A stretch of DNA of 64,000 nt. Origin: Macrostomum lignano. Lineage: Eukaryota. Positions 34,432-49,555 of this stretch are shown here, piece after piece; within the stretch, counting starts at the first letter, position 1; every line of letters starts with the position of its first letter. The position numbers and the translations under genes are program-made. The notes under the pieces were generated by a model, which had not been told where the DNA came from, made no database searches, and worked only from the letters and a program-made list of their open reading frames with translations. The DNA lies in contig NIVC01002055.1 in NCBI GenBank assembly GCA_002269645.1, positions 1 to 64,000 on the forward strand, in the 5' to 3' direction.

Positions 34432-34467
34432 AGTCAGTCAGTCAGTCAGTCAGTCAGTCAGTCAGTC
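33253..34467. repeat. (CAGT)n microsatellite with CACT interruptions
   Basis: Direct reading. Confidence 0.97.
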
Positions 34468-35050
34468 AAGAGATCGCTAACGTTTGTGTCCAGTCCAAGT
34501 TTTGTCAGCAGTCCTTGGCCAACGGTACCCAGTGCGTACGGTTCGCGTGCAATCCATCGGAACTGCTTGGAATGCACGGACAGGCCTGCGATCTGCATGG
34601 AACGGGAAATGTCAGCTTAGGGAGGCCACTGCACGGATGGTCGGCCAGTTGGAGGCTGGCAAAACGCCGTTGGCTGCAGATGCAGCTGTTTTTTCCTATG
34701 CCCCTACAAGATTCGTTTAGTTGCTAAGCTCTACAACTGCAATCATAAATGTCGTTTCTTGCAAGGCCGAGCTTAACGCAGAAACAAAGAAATTAGAAGG
34801 GGGTACAGAGAAGTGCATGAAAAGTACACTAAGTGAGCGTTGGCAATAGAGCGCTGTGACTATTTGGCTCGCTCGTAATTGCAACCACTGGTTAGCTGGC
34901 CTTAAAGCAGAGTACCAAGCGGACTCTGGCTATGTAGTCTGACAGGATGACCATCACCTGAATGCAAACGTAATAGCAACAGCAGTCAATAACGCTTCGT
35001 TGTGCATGAAGTAAATAGATTGGACAGCAAGGCATGCGACTTTGGAATTT

Positions 35051-35890
<840 letters not shown>

Positions 35891-36339
35891 CAATCTCGCT
35901 GCTGTATAGAGCCACACAGTTTCTACTCAACAGAAAAAAAACTTTTTTCAATAAACGCCCATGCTGCTACTTAGAGACATTTTAAAGAGTAGTAGTATCC
36001 ATACGCTCTGGTTATAAAGACAGGTGTCCATTTGAAGAAAAAATTTATTCTTTGCGGAATTAAAAAACGCCAATTAATCAAGTTGGATAATTTTGGTAAT
36101 CCCTGACAGCACTGCCCCCCTCATGCCCGCAGATTCATTTGTCAATGTCAGATGAAGAGTCATCTGTGAGCAGAGTCAGAACACAGCGCGGCCTCTGACC
36201 GATACAGATAAATAATTTTATTGCTAGCTTTTTCACAACATTGCTAAAACAAGAGAACTGTTGGAGAGCAAGGCACGCTTTCGAAGTCGGTGACTTTGAA
36301 GCTGTATTTTTGAATAAATTGAAAAGGAGCCATCTCATA

Positions 36340-37050
36340 TCCTTTGAGGAGAGGCACCATTTCATTTGAGAAGAGGCGCCATTACATTTGAGGAGAGGCG
36401 CCATTTCAGTTGAAGAGATGCGCCATTTCATTTGAGGAGAGGCGCCATTTCATTTGAGGAGAGGCGCCATTTCATTTGAGGAGAAGCGCCATGTCATTTG
36501 AGGAGAGGCGCCATTTCAGTTGAAGAGATGCGCCATTTCATTTGAGGAGAGGCGCCATTTCATTTGAGGAGAGGCGCCATTTCATTTGAGGAGAAGCGCC
36601 ATGTCATTTGAGGAGAGGCGCCATTTCAGTTGAAGAGATGCGCCATTTCATTTGAGGAGAGGCGCCATTTCATTTGAGGAGAGGCGCCATTTCATTTGAG
36701 GAGGGGCGCCATTTCATTTGAGGAGAAGCGCCATGTCATTTGAGGAGAGGCGCCATTTCATTTGAGGAGAAGCGCCATTTCATTTGAGGAGAGGCGCCAT
36801 TTCATTTGAGGAGAGGCGCCATTTCATTTGAGGAGAGGTGCCATTTCATTTGAGGAGAGGCGCCATTTCATTTGAGGAGAAGCGCCATGTTATTTGAGGA
36901 GAGGCGCCATGTTATTTGAGGAGAGGCGCCATTTTATTTGAGGAGAGGCGCCATTTCATTTGAGGAGAGGCGCCATTTCATTTGAGGAGAGGCGCCATTT
37001 CAGTTAAGGAGGATGCGCCATTTCATTTGAGGAGAGGCGCCATTTCATTT
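36340..37050. repeat. 22-bp minisatellite (TTTCATTTGAGGAGAGGCGCCA)
   Basis: About 30 units, with a short higher-order pattern at the 5' end. Confidence 0.94.
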
Positions 37051-37399
37051 GAAGGGCGCCAGTGCTGCAAGCAGAAAAGAGGCTCCATGCCGCAACAACA
37101 CCAGATCCCTTTGTCGAGCACCTCTTGGTCGGTTTCTGCCATGGGTTGGTTGAGAGCCGTGAGGGAGGCCAATGAGCAATAAATAATTAATGGGGCATAA
37201 ATGAAGCTGCAGTTTATCCACCACGGGTTGGCGATCGCATATCATGCGGTTATTTGCGATATAAAATTTATTGATTAATTTTTACAACTTAAAAACAGAG
37301 CTATGAATAAAATTTTTTATCTAAATTAAAATTTGTGCATTTTACTACAATAGCCAGAACAATAATATTTTTCTTTTTATAATTAACTACCGCGCAGTG

Positions 37400-37765
37400 T
37401 GCGTCAGACAAGCTGTCACGAGTCTAATAGGAGTTTCTATAGGGTGTCAGACAAGCTGTCACGAGTCTAATAGGAGTTGCTATAGGGTGTCAGACAAAGC
37501 GTCAGGAGTCTAATAGGAGTTTCTATAGGGTGTCAGACAAAGCGTCAGGAGTCTAATAGGAGTTTCTATAGGGTGTCAGACAAACTGTCAGGAGTCTAAT
37601 AGGAGTTTCTATAGGGTGTCAGACAAACTGTCACGAGGCTAATAGGAGTTTCTATAGGGTGTCAGACAAACTGTCAGGAGTCTAATAGGAGTTTCTATAG
37701 GGTGTCAGACAAACTGTCACGAGTCTAATAGGAGTTTCTATAGGGTGTCAGACAAGCTGTCAGGA
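37400..37765. repeat. 43-bp tandem repeat (GTGTCAGACAAACTGTCACGAGTCTAATAGGAGTTTCTATAGG)
   Basis: About 8 contiguous units, no spacers. Confidence 0.92.
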
Positions 37766-38144
37766 GACAGAAAGAGGTCGCAAGCACAAAAAGATAGGAA
37801 AGCATAGTAGGAGCGTGGCTAAGGAACACATGTATGTATGGTTAAAATTGCATTATGTAATATAATTGGATAAGAATAACTAACGCTTATAAGCTTTTCA
37901 TTAGTCTAATAAACTGTTTAGGAAGTGCAGTTCTTATAATTCTCAATAGCACATACATCAATTTAGCATTATATTATAGTCGATGGCGGTAATGACGCCA
38001 CGTGACCAACATTGCTGAAGTCGACTTGGAATTTCAAATTTTCATCCAGATTCGGTGATGCAAGCTACAATATATTCTTGAAAGTTCAGCCGGTAACTCT
38101 CTAAATTTAATTTTAGTTTTGACAGCAGCCTTTAAACAGGCCCA

Positions 38145-39965
38145 AAACGGCTCTTAAACAGCCCTAAAACAGCCCAAAACAGCCCCAAAGCAGCCCCAAA
38201 GCAGCCCTAAAACAGCCCAAAACAGCCCTAAAACAGCCCAAAACAGCCCTAAAACAGCCTTAAAACAGCCCTAAAACAGCCCTAAAACAGCCCTAAAACA
38301 GCCCTTAAACAGCCCCAAAACAGCCCCAAAGCAGCCCCAAAACAGCCCCAAAACAGCCCCTAAACAGCCTCAAAGCAGCCCTAAAACAGCCCTAAAACAG
38401 TCCTAAAACAGCCCCGAGATAGCCCTAAAACAGCCCCAAAACAGCCCTAAAACAGCCCCAAAACAGCCCCAAAACAGCCCCAAAACAGCCCCTAAACAGC
38501 CTCAAAGCAGCCCTAAAACAGCCCTAAAACAGCCCTAAAACAGTCCTAAAACAGCCCCAAAACAGCCCCAAAACAGCCCCAAAACAGCCCCAAAACAGCC
38601 CCAAAGCAGCCCTAAAACAGCCCCAAAGCAGCCCTAAAACAGCCCTAAAACAGTCCTAAAGCAGCCCTAAAACAGCCCCAAAACAGCCCCAAAACAGCCC
38701 CAAAACAGCCCCAAAGCAGCCCTAAAACAGCCCCAAAGCAGCCCTAAAACAGCCCCGAGACAGCCCTAAAACAGCTCCAAAACAGCCCCAAAGCAGCCCC
38801 AAAACAGCCCCAAAACAGCCCCAAAACAGCCCCAAAACAGCCCCAAAGCAGCCCTAAAACAGCCCTAAAACTGTCCTAAAACAGCCCCGAGACAGCCCTA
38901 AAACAGCCCCAAAACAGCCCTAAAACAGCCCCAAAGAAGCCCCAAAACAGCCCCAAGAAAGCCCCAAAGCAGCCCTTAAACAGCCCCAAAAAGCCCCAAA
39001 ACAGCCCCAAAACAGCCCCAAAACAGCCCCAAAGCAGCTCTAAAACAGCCCTAAAACAGTCCTAAAACAGCCCCGAGACAGCCCTAAAACAGCCCCAAAA
39101 CAGCCCCAAAACAGCCCCAAAACAGCCCCAAAGCAGCCCTAAAGCAGCCCTAAAACAGTCCTAAAACAGCCCCGAGACAGCCCTAAAACAGCCCCAAAAC
39201 AGCCCTAAAACAGTCCTAAAACAGGCCTAAAACAGCCCTAAAACAGTCCTAAAACAGCCCCAAAACAGCCCCAAAACAGCCCCAAAACAGCCCCAAAACA
39301 GCCCCAAAGCAGCCCTAAAACAGCCCCAAAGCAGCCCTAAAACAGCCCCGAGACAGCCCCAAAGCAGCCCTAAAGCAGCCCTAAAACAGCCCTAAAACAG
39401 TCCTAAAACAGCCCCAAAACAGCCCCAAAACAGCCCCAAAACAGCCCCAAAACAGCCCCAAAGCAGCCCTAAAACAGCCCCAAAGCAGCCCTAAAACAGC
39501 CCCGAGACAGCCCTAAAACAGCTCCAAAACAGCCCCAAAGCAGCCCCAAAACAGCCCCAAAACAGCCCCAAAACAGCCCCAAAACAGCCCCAAAGCAGCC
39601 CTAAAACAGCCCTAAAACAGTCCTAAAACAGCCCCGAGACAGCCCTAAAACAGCCCCAAAACAGCCCCAAAGAAACCCTAAAACAGTCCTAAAACAGCCC
39701 CAAGACAGCCCCAAAGCAGCCCTAAAGCAGCCCTAAAACAGCCCTAAAACAGCCCCAAAACAGCCCCAAAACAGCCCCAAAACAGCCCCAAAACAGCCCC
39801 AAAACAGCCCCAAAACAGCCCTAAAACAGTCCTAAAACAGCCCCGAGACAGCCCTAAAACAGCCCCAAAACAGCCCTAAAACAGCCCCAAAGAAGCCCCA
39901 AAACAGCCCTAAAACAGCCCCAAGACAGCCCTAAAGCAGCCCTTAAACAGCCCCAAAAAGCCCCA
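38145..39965. repeat. 11-bp minisatellite (CAGCCCYAAAA)
   Basis: About 160 units ending ~50 bp from the iGluR stop codon. Confidence 0.95.
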
Positions 39966-40015
39966 TTTTCTGATCAAGGCTGAATCTCCTAATTAGATCC
40001 ATAATCCGCAGACTC

Positions 40016-43000
40016 CTACGTCTGCCTCTTCAACACCTTAGTCCACAGCAGCTCCAGCAGCAGAATCAGAAGGCCCAAGCCGTAGAAGACGCAGGTAACG
40101 ATGCAGCAACCGCCGATGCCCTCGAAGTTGATGGGATCCGTGTCCGATATGGTTTCGTCTTTGCAGCCGTTGTCCTTCGACCAGTAGATGTCGAACCAGC
40201 GCTGGATTTGGCCGGACTCGTGCAGCTTCTGCAGGCTGGAATTGATGAAGCACTTGTTTATAATGGAAATGTTTGCTGGTTTGATTGACTTTTCTTCTCG
40301 TCCATGTTGACAGTTACGCATTATTATTACGCATTAGTAATTCTCTTTTGGAAATTTGGATATTCTCTATGAGCCTCTGGTTCCAGGAAACGAAAGCCCC
40401 CAGGCCTCAGATGCGTAAAGAACAGTGCTTGCAACCATGGCTGAACAAAAGAGATTGAGTTGTCGGTGCTCCATTGTTTCAAGGCCAGTTTATTTTCTTA
40501 GAATCAACTATGGGATATGGACCCTTCGTGTTTAGATTCAATCCCAGATATTTCCACTTATGAAATGATTCAACTGATTCAAACTGATTCAAACTGATTC
40601 AAACTCATTCAAATGATTCAATGAGTTGGCCCTGTTGCCTTTTGGGGTTGGAATGCTCTGTTGGAGTTTGCGTCACAACTGAGCAGCAAGATTTTTTCTG
40701 TATTGTCGCGACTTTTTAGTTATTTCTTCAGTTCACCTTCACTTGTCTCTGTTTACTCTGTTTTTCTCTCGCTCTGTCTCTCTAGTTTAATCTTGTTATT
40801 CTTATCTCTCACCCTCCCCGCCTTCTGATTGGCTCTCCATTCTTGCCTCTCTTTAGTCGCGCACTCCACCCCTCCTTTTATTATCTGCACTTGACCCCCC
40901 AGTCGTCTTATACGACGTATAGTCGTAAATATACCCGTTCGGTTATTATTCTTTTACATGTATGTTTATCTCCAGCTGGTGAATCTGATAGAATTCAGAT
41001 ATATTCCCAAGGCTTTTCAGTAGCTTCGCTATGTCCTCACTGAATATGACCAGGTCATCGCTGTATAGCAAACAAACTTTTTACCAACTAATTCAGGATG
41101 AAAGTTTTGCTGTGGAATGATTCTTTATTTCGCTGAGAGGATCAATATACAGACAAAGCAGTAATGGTGAAAAGGGGAAGTTGTTATGGTAAATGTACCG
41201 TCAGACAAAAAATGTCTTAAAATTTTGCCTCCAAGCTTGCTCTATCTAAATCCAATATCCAATCTAAATCACGGACTTACTGAAAGTTAAACAAATCAGC
41301 ATAGGGAGCATCTTCAGGAAACATAAAAGCGATTGTGCCAGTGTTGAACTGTTCGTTCGCTACGTAGTACTGGGTGCAGTTCTTCAGCGCTATTGCCAGT
41401 AAGGCAGAATAGTCCTCCACGCAAGCTTGGTCTGCTCTGGGTGGCTGAAAGACAGAAAGACAGAAAGAAAGGCTTGTTCACACCACTGTCATCAAGTGAG
41501 GTACGTTACTCATCTTTTGCATGCCCGTATTCAACTATTGCCTGTGAAAACTTTACAAAATTAGATCAGTTTCGTTTTGAAACTGCACTGAAGTACATCC
41601 ATCATTTGAACAACTTTCCCCTAGAGACATGTGTTGCGTTGCTAGGTGGTTTAAAATATTCTAAATACTCAAATTCAAAAGTTCATAAGGTTGTATGAAT
41701 AAGATAAGCATTTGCTCACGAGAATATACATTTCAACTGTGTTTTTGGGCAGAAGTGAAATTTATTTGTTTGAAGTTGCTAAGTTAAAGTCCGAGTCTTC
41801 CCTCTTACTTTCGCGAGGCTACACTACGTGTCAGACTTTTAACCATAGACAAACTTCCTGCACGCAAACCTACGTTAGACGGGCAGCTTTCCACATCCGG
41901 GTCGTACAGCACTACTTGTTCGGCAAGCTGCTTGTAGACGCCAGACTGCGCGTTGCTCAACAAATCGAAAAGATTCGTTCCTCTGCGCACGTAGGGCGTC
42001 ACCGCAGTTTGGGTAACCAGGTCGTCCAGCGTCTTGATCGGATATTTAGTGACGGTGACAGTCAGGAAAGACGTCAGAACTCCTGAAATACCGGTATACA
42101 AAAAACGGCCATGCAGATCAGCAGCAGAAGTTTCCTGTTCGGATGAACCAGATTTAAAACTTCCTTAGATTGTTTAACACTCTAACACTCTTTGAGGCAG
42201 AAATCTAGACAAAAGTGTTTGGCTTCAATGAATATCCCTATAGTCCGTCAAGTATTAAAATTTTAGAAGGGCTTGATCTGCGGTGTTTTGTTTGAAGGCG
42301 AAGACATAAATACTCAGTTTTCATTAAGAAATTCGACCTTACTGGCGTAAATTTTTAATAGCTATCATAGCTATCATTATACAAATTAGGGTCAAATTTG
42401 TGCACTTTTTAAGCAGCAGAAATATTGCATCGATAATTAGCTACGCACTATGCTAATTATCTATGCTATGCTAACTACGCAGAGGAAAAAGAAGCAATCT
42501 TCAAGAGGTTTCATTTACCCGAGTAGATAGCATAGATAATGACTATGAAGAACCACCAGGAAGCCAGTATGGCTCTGGCGGACATCGCAAACGGATAAAA
42601 GTCCTGGCCCTGCTGCAAGAAACTGCCGATGCAGCTCCACAGGTACTCCTTCAGCCACACCTCGTCGGCGACTGCATAGTCGGCACCCAGATTGAAGGCG
42701 GAGAACGGAGAGAAGAAGGCAAACAGCCAGGCGATCAGCGAGCAGCCAACAATGGTGCCGATTATGGTGAGCCAAACCTTGTAGGTGAAAGGCATGAACA
42801 GGTTCCACAGGCGGGACTCGCGCTCCGGCTTCGGCACCAGGATCCCGTTGGACTCTTGAAATAGGGCCGTTGAGTAGTCGATCACTCGGTCGCGAACGGC
42901 AGTCTTGGTGAAGGGCCCGGCTCCGATGTGCACCGTCTGTGAGGTCGGGGAAACCGAGGAGCAGTGATAAAAGTATTGACAACCCATGGCTGTGGTACTG

Positions 43001-45813
43001 GCGTAGGAGTGTACTGGAGCCAGTCGACCCGAAGCCATCGAGTTACTACTAAGCACGCCCACACGTTGCTTTTTACATTAGGTCTGATTTTCAAGACTCG
43101 GTTTTAAGAATTTTTAAGACAACGATGTAGCAACTATGCTGCAAATTCGAATGAATTACCCTCGTGACATAAAATGCCCAGCGGGATTTCGTGTCTAATA
43201 CTTCGTGGCTAATATATTAATCTCCAATCCTAGTATCATAGTATCATAGAGAGTCCTCAGTGACACTAGAGAACTCAAATCTAGGCTTGCGTAGGCCGAT
43301 GCACCTCAGATTAAGGCTTAAAACCAGCGATCCGGCCTTCATGAGGTTTAGTCCATCTATTCGCTGTCCAACATTAGGTCTCACTTAGCTTTCAGAGACG
43401 TGAAGCAACGGATTGGGCTCGGATTTCTCACCCCTCGCTGCAGCTCGCCCACGCATCCGTTGTAGAACTCTGAGTCAGCCTGCGGCGAACCCCAGTTTCC
43501 ATCGTCGGAGTCCTTTGTGATGAAGCTATATTGGTAAATACAAGTCATGCATGCAGTGTCTTTCTACGACGCACTTGCACTGCATATCCACTAGAACGAG
43601 AAAGCAAACACTTACCGAAAATCCAGTTTCTCTGCCAGGTAGCGAAGAATGTCAACAGCCATACCGTTCAGTATTACAGTCTTGTTGGAAAAAGTGCGAT
43701 TGAAAATTGTCATAGGAGAACTCTAAAATGATTTGTAAAGCAGAAAATTTAAGTTGCTAGCTGCGATCCAAACCGTATTGAGTAATTTCAATTAAAAATT
43801 ATTCATGCACCTCAGGAGAACAAGCCACTATTGTGTCGTTCTTAAACCCCATGAATGTGTTTGGAAAAACCAACTCGATATCTTTGTACCGAAACAGCAG
43901 CCGCATGTTTCCGGTTGATGCGTCAAATTTGACAGACTTTATCATTAAATTTGGAGAGGTTCGAAGTTCATTGTAAGTGGCAACCAGTTCCAAGCCCTGC
44001 GAGCTGAAGTGCCGGCTAGAGCTATTGTATGAGATGACACCGCGACTCGTGTCATAGTGGCTGATCTGCAGTGAGTGGGGAGCACAGTGTTAACAAATGG
44101 AACATCGCGCTTGTGAAGCACTCAAGAAAACACTGTTTCTATGTCCTGCTGATGTACAGGTAAATGTCCCATTAAACGTTCTGTACTGTACAACAGCTCT
44201 GTCAAAATTTCAAATTTCAAATTTTCAAAATTTTAAGCCTCGGCACCAGCAACAGGATATTTGCACCCGCTCACACTGATCAGTTTGTGAAGCACAGTCG
44301 ATCCAAAGCTCCACCGCTGCATCGGGAAGCAGGTGGCGTTGCTAGGAGAGAATCCCGGATCCGTTAGAGAATCGTCCAGCGCCCTGGCCATGGCTTCCAC
44401 AGCGTCAACGAAGCGAACGTCCATCTCCTGCGTTTTAGGGTTTCAGGTGTAAGTTTGTAAACAAACAAGAAACCTATTGATAAACTCACCCACTCCGGCA
44501 ACAGAAGACTACAATCACAAACCTTAATCCGGTGCAGCTGACATCCGGGAAACACGTCCATCACTGCTGCTGAGCACTCCTTAAAGACGCCGCCTCTAAG
44601 CAGAGCTACATTCGCGTTTGTCGGCGTCGCGCTGAGCAGCTCCGCCTCGGACAGCCCGGTGTCCAGCAGCAGCCAGAAATAGTTCTGCTGCATCACGCCG
44701 GCTTCGCTGGCCAGGCTGAGCACGCTGAGCACATTGCGCGGACTGGCGAGCAGCAGCAGCTTGAACACCTTCTTTTTCACAATGCGTCTCAGGTGCTGCA
44801 CCAGCTGGGGTGTCACCGATTCGTTGGCAGCCGTGTCCACCTGGAACGTCAGGCTGCTCACTCCGGCAACAGCGAGACCAGACTGCAGGCTCTGCAGCGA
44901 CCTCATGCCTTTCAATGGGAAGTCAAGCGGCTGTAAAGAAACTGCAGTGTGACGTCAATCACAGGCATGAACTGTCACTCAACCAGGGAACTCACTCTGC
45001 TGCCTGTCAAACAGAATCGCCACGCTACTGACAATGGAATCGGAAGTGACGGCTTGGACTGCCGCATCCAGCATGTCCGAAAGTCGGTGGCTGCCCACCA
45101 CTGTGTGACCTGTTGAAGGAATCGGTGAATGGCTTCAGTGATGGTGCATCAAATGGCGAGATTTAAAAGTGCTGCCTGACCTTTCAGCAGTGGTTCGGCA
45201 TCGCACAGGGCCGTCGGCAGGGCGATGAACGGCAGCTTGAGGGACTCGCTGAATGAGGCCAGCTGGTCCAGCAGAGAGCAGCAGCCCACACCAATTAGGC
45301 CTGATAAGCCGGGCTCTGAGCACACTGCATGTAGGGTGGCGGATTGCTTGGCTGCTCAATGATGCATAACTGAAACTGAAATAAACTTCCCAGGAAGACA
45401 TCTTGTCAGTATCAAGACTGTGACAAAGCAAGTTGTCTGTTTCTGGCAGGGTGCAGCTTTATGTCCCGAGGTCAACCATTAGATACGTTTTTACCAGGCA
45501 CAACCATTCTGTTTGTTACCGGTTGCACAGGTTTGTCACCTTTCAGACAGAAAACCACTCAAAGCCACTCACGAGTTTGCACTGCGAGCTGCGAGCTGCA
45601 CCCGTCAACCGTCACGCGCACGAAGGACACCTCGTGATGAGGCAGGACTCGCCAGTTCGAGTTGATCCGCCTGGATGCCGCATTCTCAATCAGCGACTCG
45701 TTGATGAAGCCGTTCTGCACGACCAGTCCGATTTTGAAAGTCAGCGCAGATGAGGCGGACGCACAGATGAGGCAGCTGGCAATGAACTGGACCAGCGATC
45801 TTGAAGCAGTCAT
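40016..45813 (-). CDS. Divergent ionotropic glutamate receptor family subunit (signal peptide, ATD, S1, M1-M3, S2, M4, short tail); 12-13 exons, ~852 aa
   Basis: Exons 45813-45573, (45539-45495 tentative), 45300-45181, 45109-44996, 44941-44523, 44427-44275, 44065-43811, 43722-43616, 43525-43432, 42936-42519, 42082-41874, 41444-41281, 40235-40016 (2559 nt, in frame). Motifs GMAVDILRYLAEKLDF, DGNWG..NGCVGEL, GPFTKTAVRDRVIDYS, PFTYKVW, SFLQQG, ASWWFF, PIKTLDDL, KLHESGQIQRWFDIYW..C, M4. Confidence 0.9.
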
Positions 45814-47147
45814 GGCTTTCTCGCTTGGTGCTTTACCAGATAGGGCTACAGAGCTACAGATGCAAATGGGGGTGAATCAAGCTGGCTCAGGATGGAAGGG
45901 AGAAGATCCTGAAATAATATTTGCTAGTGCCTGCTGTCAGCCAATCGCAAAGCGCTACTTGAATTGCGGCTTGAAATTTACAGTAGTTTTATCATTTGAA
46001 AATTTATCATCAATTCACCGAATCCGTTCCTCCCGTGCAGCAGATAATTGAGTGGTCAGATGAGCATCTCATATAGCTCGTAAAATGCAGAGTTACGAGA
46101 GTAACGAGAACGCAAAAGCGCATAAATAGGCAGGCCTCCCCCTCACAGTTAAAACCTCATTACTCCGCACCACATACATTGGCAAGCCACTGAACGCGGC
46201 GGAGTAATGGACAAAACAACTACAATTTCGGGACAACTGTAGAGAGTTATTAAACCATACCGTGATGCCCTACTTAAAGTAATATTCTAAGAAAGTCAAT
46301 TTATTCTAGAATGAGTCATCTATTTTTAGGAATCACGCGCAAACAGAGTGATTTTGAACCCCACGTGAGAGCAACATTGTTTGATCAAGGAATCGGTTTC
46401 CAACAGCTGTATTTGCTTCACCCCATTCACGAGTATGGCAATGCTCAAACATACATAACAGCTCAATCAAGCATGAATGACCTAAGTAAATACCCAATTC
46501 CAAACCGGTTTTGCCCCAAAATTTTTCTATAAATATAAGTAAAAATCCGAGTAAAAAATTCAGACTCAGAGCGGTCTCTAAGACTCCGAAGAAACAAAGA
46601 AAAAAAGACCAATCTCTGAGGGACCACACGTCCGATTGGTAAGCGTTTACCGGATTCAGTTCTTTGATTGTTAGCGTTAATAAGTTGATTAATTGAGTTC
46701 ACGAGAGCCCTTTGTTGTCGACACATTTGAGAAAAGCCTCCCTGTTTCCTAGGATGTATTCCTAGAGGATTTATTGATTTGAGCTATCCGTTACGTTTCC
46801 GACGTAACGAAGAAGACGCCCCTTCAGGAGGACCCATTGCAGAAACCTAGAGAATTCAATTGTGCATTAAGGCGCACGTTTTATTGTTAATTCCGAGTTC
46901 GAGGACCGTAGCTCGTAAAGACTTCGGATTCGCTTTCGCTTTTGGTCGATCCACAGATAAAATCAACGACTCACAGAAACATTACCTCACCGCTGCCGAA
47001 ACAAGAAGTCAAGAGCTACTAAAGGATCCGCTACAGTAAGAGATATTTGACTTTGCACATGCCGTGGCACTTGTTACCCATTGTCTAGAAGTGGGAGTTT
47101 TTGAGTGACTGATCACCACTCTTAAAATCTACACAACGTTAGCAAAG

Positions 47148-47415
<268 letters not shown>

Positions 47416-47803
47416 CACAGAAAAGAGGTGCCAATCAAAGGCAAAAGACGATTTTTGGTCATCTTTGTTAGAATTTTTTCAAAGTAAATTTAGCTGCGTT
47501 TATGTGCATTCGATAGAAATCCGGTCAAATCGCTGAACTTTTCCGTGGCATAAAAATCAATAATTTTGTGGCTATTGATAGCAAACTTTACTAGCACTGC
47601 AGTTTAGTCTATAAAAGTCACTGCATAACGCTAACATTGAAAAAGTTATTTAACAGACAGATTCGCACACAAAAATCTTGATAGCATTGCCCACTCGCAT
47701 TTCGAGTTAAACTGATAAAAAAAGTCTTCGGACTCAGGAATCATTTTGAAAACCGCATCTTTGCCTTCGGAGCAGCCTGCTCATTCCAGTTGGACTCCTC
47801 CAC

Positions 47804-49246
47804 GACTGACTGACTGACTTGAGTGAGTGGGTGACTGACTGACTGACTGACTGACTGACTGACTTGAGTGAGTGGGTGACTGACTGACTGACTGACTGAC
47901 TGACTGACTGACTGACTGACTGACTGACTGACTGACTGACTGACTGACTGACTGACTGACTGACTGACTGACTGACTGACTGACTGACTGACTGACTGAC
48001 TGACTGACTGACTGACTGACTGACTGACTGACTGACTTGAGTGAGTGGGTGACTGACTGACTGACTGACTGACTGACTGACTGACTGACTGACTGACTGA
48101 CTGACTGACTGACTGACTGACTGACTGACTGACTGACTGACTGACTGACTGACTGACTGACTGACTGACTGACTGACTGACTGACTGACTGACTGACTGA
48201 CTGACTGACTGACTGACTGACTGACTGACTGACTGACTGACTGACTGACTGACTGACTGACTGACTGACTGACTGACTGACTGACTTGAGTGAGTGGGTG
48301 ACTGACTGACTGACTGACTGACTGACTGACTGACTGACTGACTGACTGACTGACTGACTGACTGACTGACTGACTGACTGACTGACTGACTGACTGACTG
48401 ACTGACTGACTGACTGACTGACTGACTGACTGACTGACTGACTGACTGACTTGAGTGAGTGGGTGACTGACTGACTGACTGACTGACTGACTGACTGACT
48501 GACTGACTGACTGACTGACTGACTGACTGACTGACTGACTGACTGACTGACTGACTGACTGACTGACTGACTGACTGACTGACTGACTGACTGACTGACT
48601 GACTGACTGACTGACTGACTTGAGTGAGTGGGTGACTGACTGACTGACTGACTGACTGACTGACTGACTGACTGACTGACTGACTGACTGACTGACTGAC
48701 TGACTGACTGACTGACTGACTGACTGACTGACTGACTGACTGACTGACTGACTGACTGACTGACTGACTTGAGTGAGTGGGTGACTGACTGACTGACTGA
48801 CTGACTGACTGACTGACTGACTGACTGACTGACTGACTGACTGACTGACTGACTTGAGTGAGTGGGTGACTGACTGACTGACTGACTGACTGACTGACTG
48901 ACTGACTGACTGACTGACTGACTGACTGACTGACTGACTGACTGACTGACTGACTGACTGACTGACTGACTGACTGACTGACTGACTGACTGACTGACTG
49001 ACTGACTGACTGACTGACTGACTGACTGACTTGAGTGAGTGGGTGACTGACTGACTGACTGACTGACTGACTGACTGACTGACTGACTGACTGACTGACT
49101 GACTGACTGACTGACTGACTGACTGACTGACTGACTGACTGACTGACTGACTGACTGACTGACTGACTGACTGACTGACTGACTGACTGACTGACTGACT
49201 GACTGACTGACTGACTGACTGACTGACTGACTGACTGACTGACTGA
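47804..49246. repeat. (GACT)n microsatellite with recurrent TTGAGTGAGTGGGT interruptions
   Basis: About 9 identical interruptions. Confidence 0.97.
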
Positions 49247-49555
49247 CCGAAAGAGCCAGTGCCTCAAGAAAACATTGGAGAAGATAGCTCGTATTTGAGA
49301 GCTTTTAAGCTAAGCATAATTTATTGTATTTACCTTTTTACTATAAGGTTTATAAAGAACCACTAGCTACTTAGTATTAAGGATCAATAAACTTTATACC
49401 GCGCTCGCTGTTATTAACCAACATAAATAAGTCTTTGCACAACATTTAGCAGTAGTCACGGCTACTATAAGCAGAGTAAATTGTGGTTAAACAGGTTGTC
49501 GATGCGCAAACAGTCTTTGTTGGAAAAAATGGGAATCGATCGGAGAGAATGCAGG

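Noticed and set aside
34480-34800. Cys-rich peptides resembling transposase zinc fingers
   Set aside because: Spread across frames with stops; no catalytic domain or terminal repeats visible.
37400-37765. CRISPR-like array
   Set aside because: Units are contiguous with no unique spacers; eukaryotic context and no cas genes.
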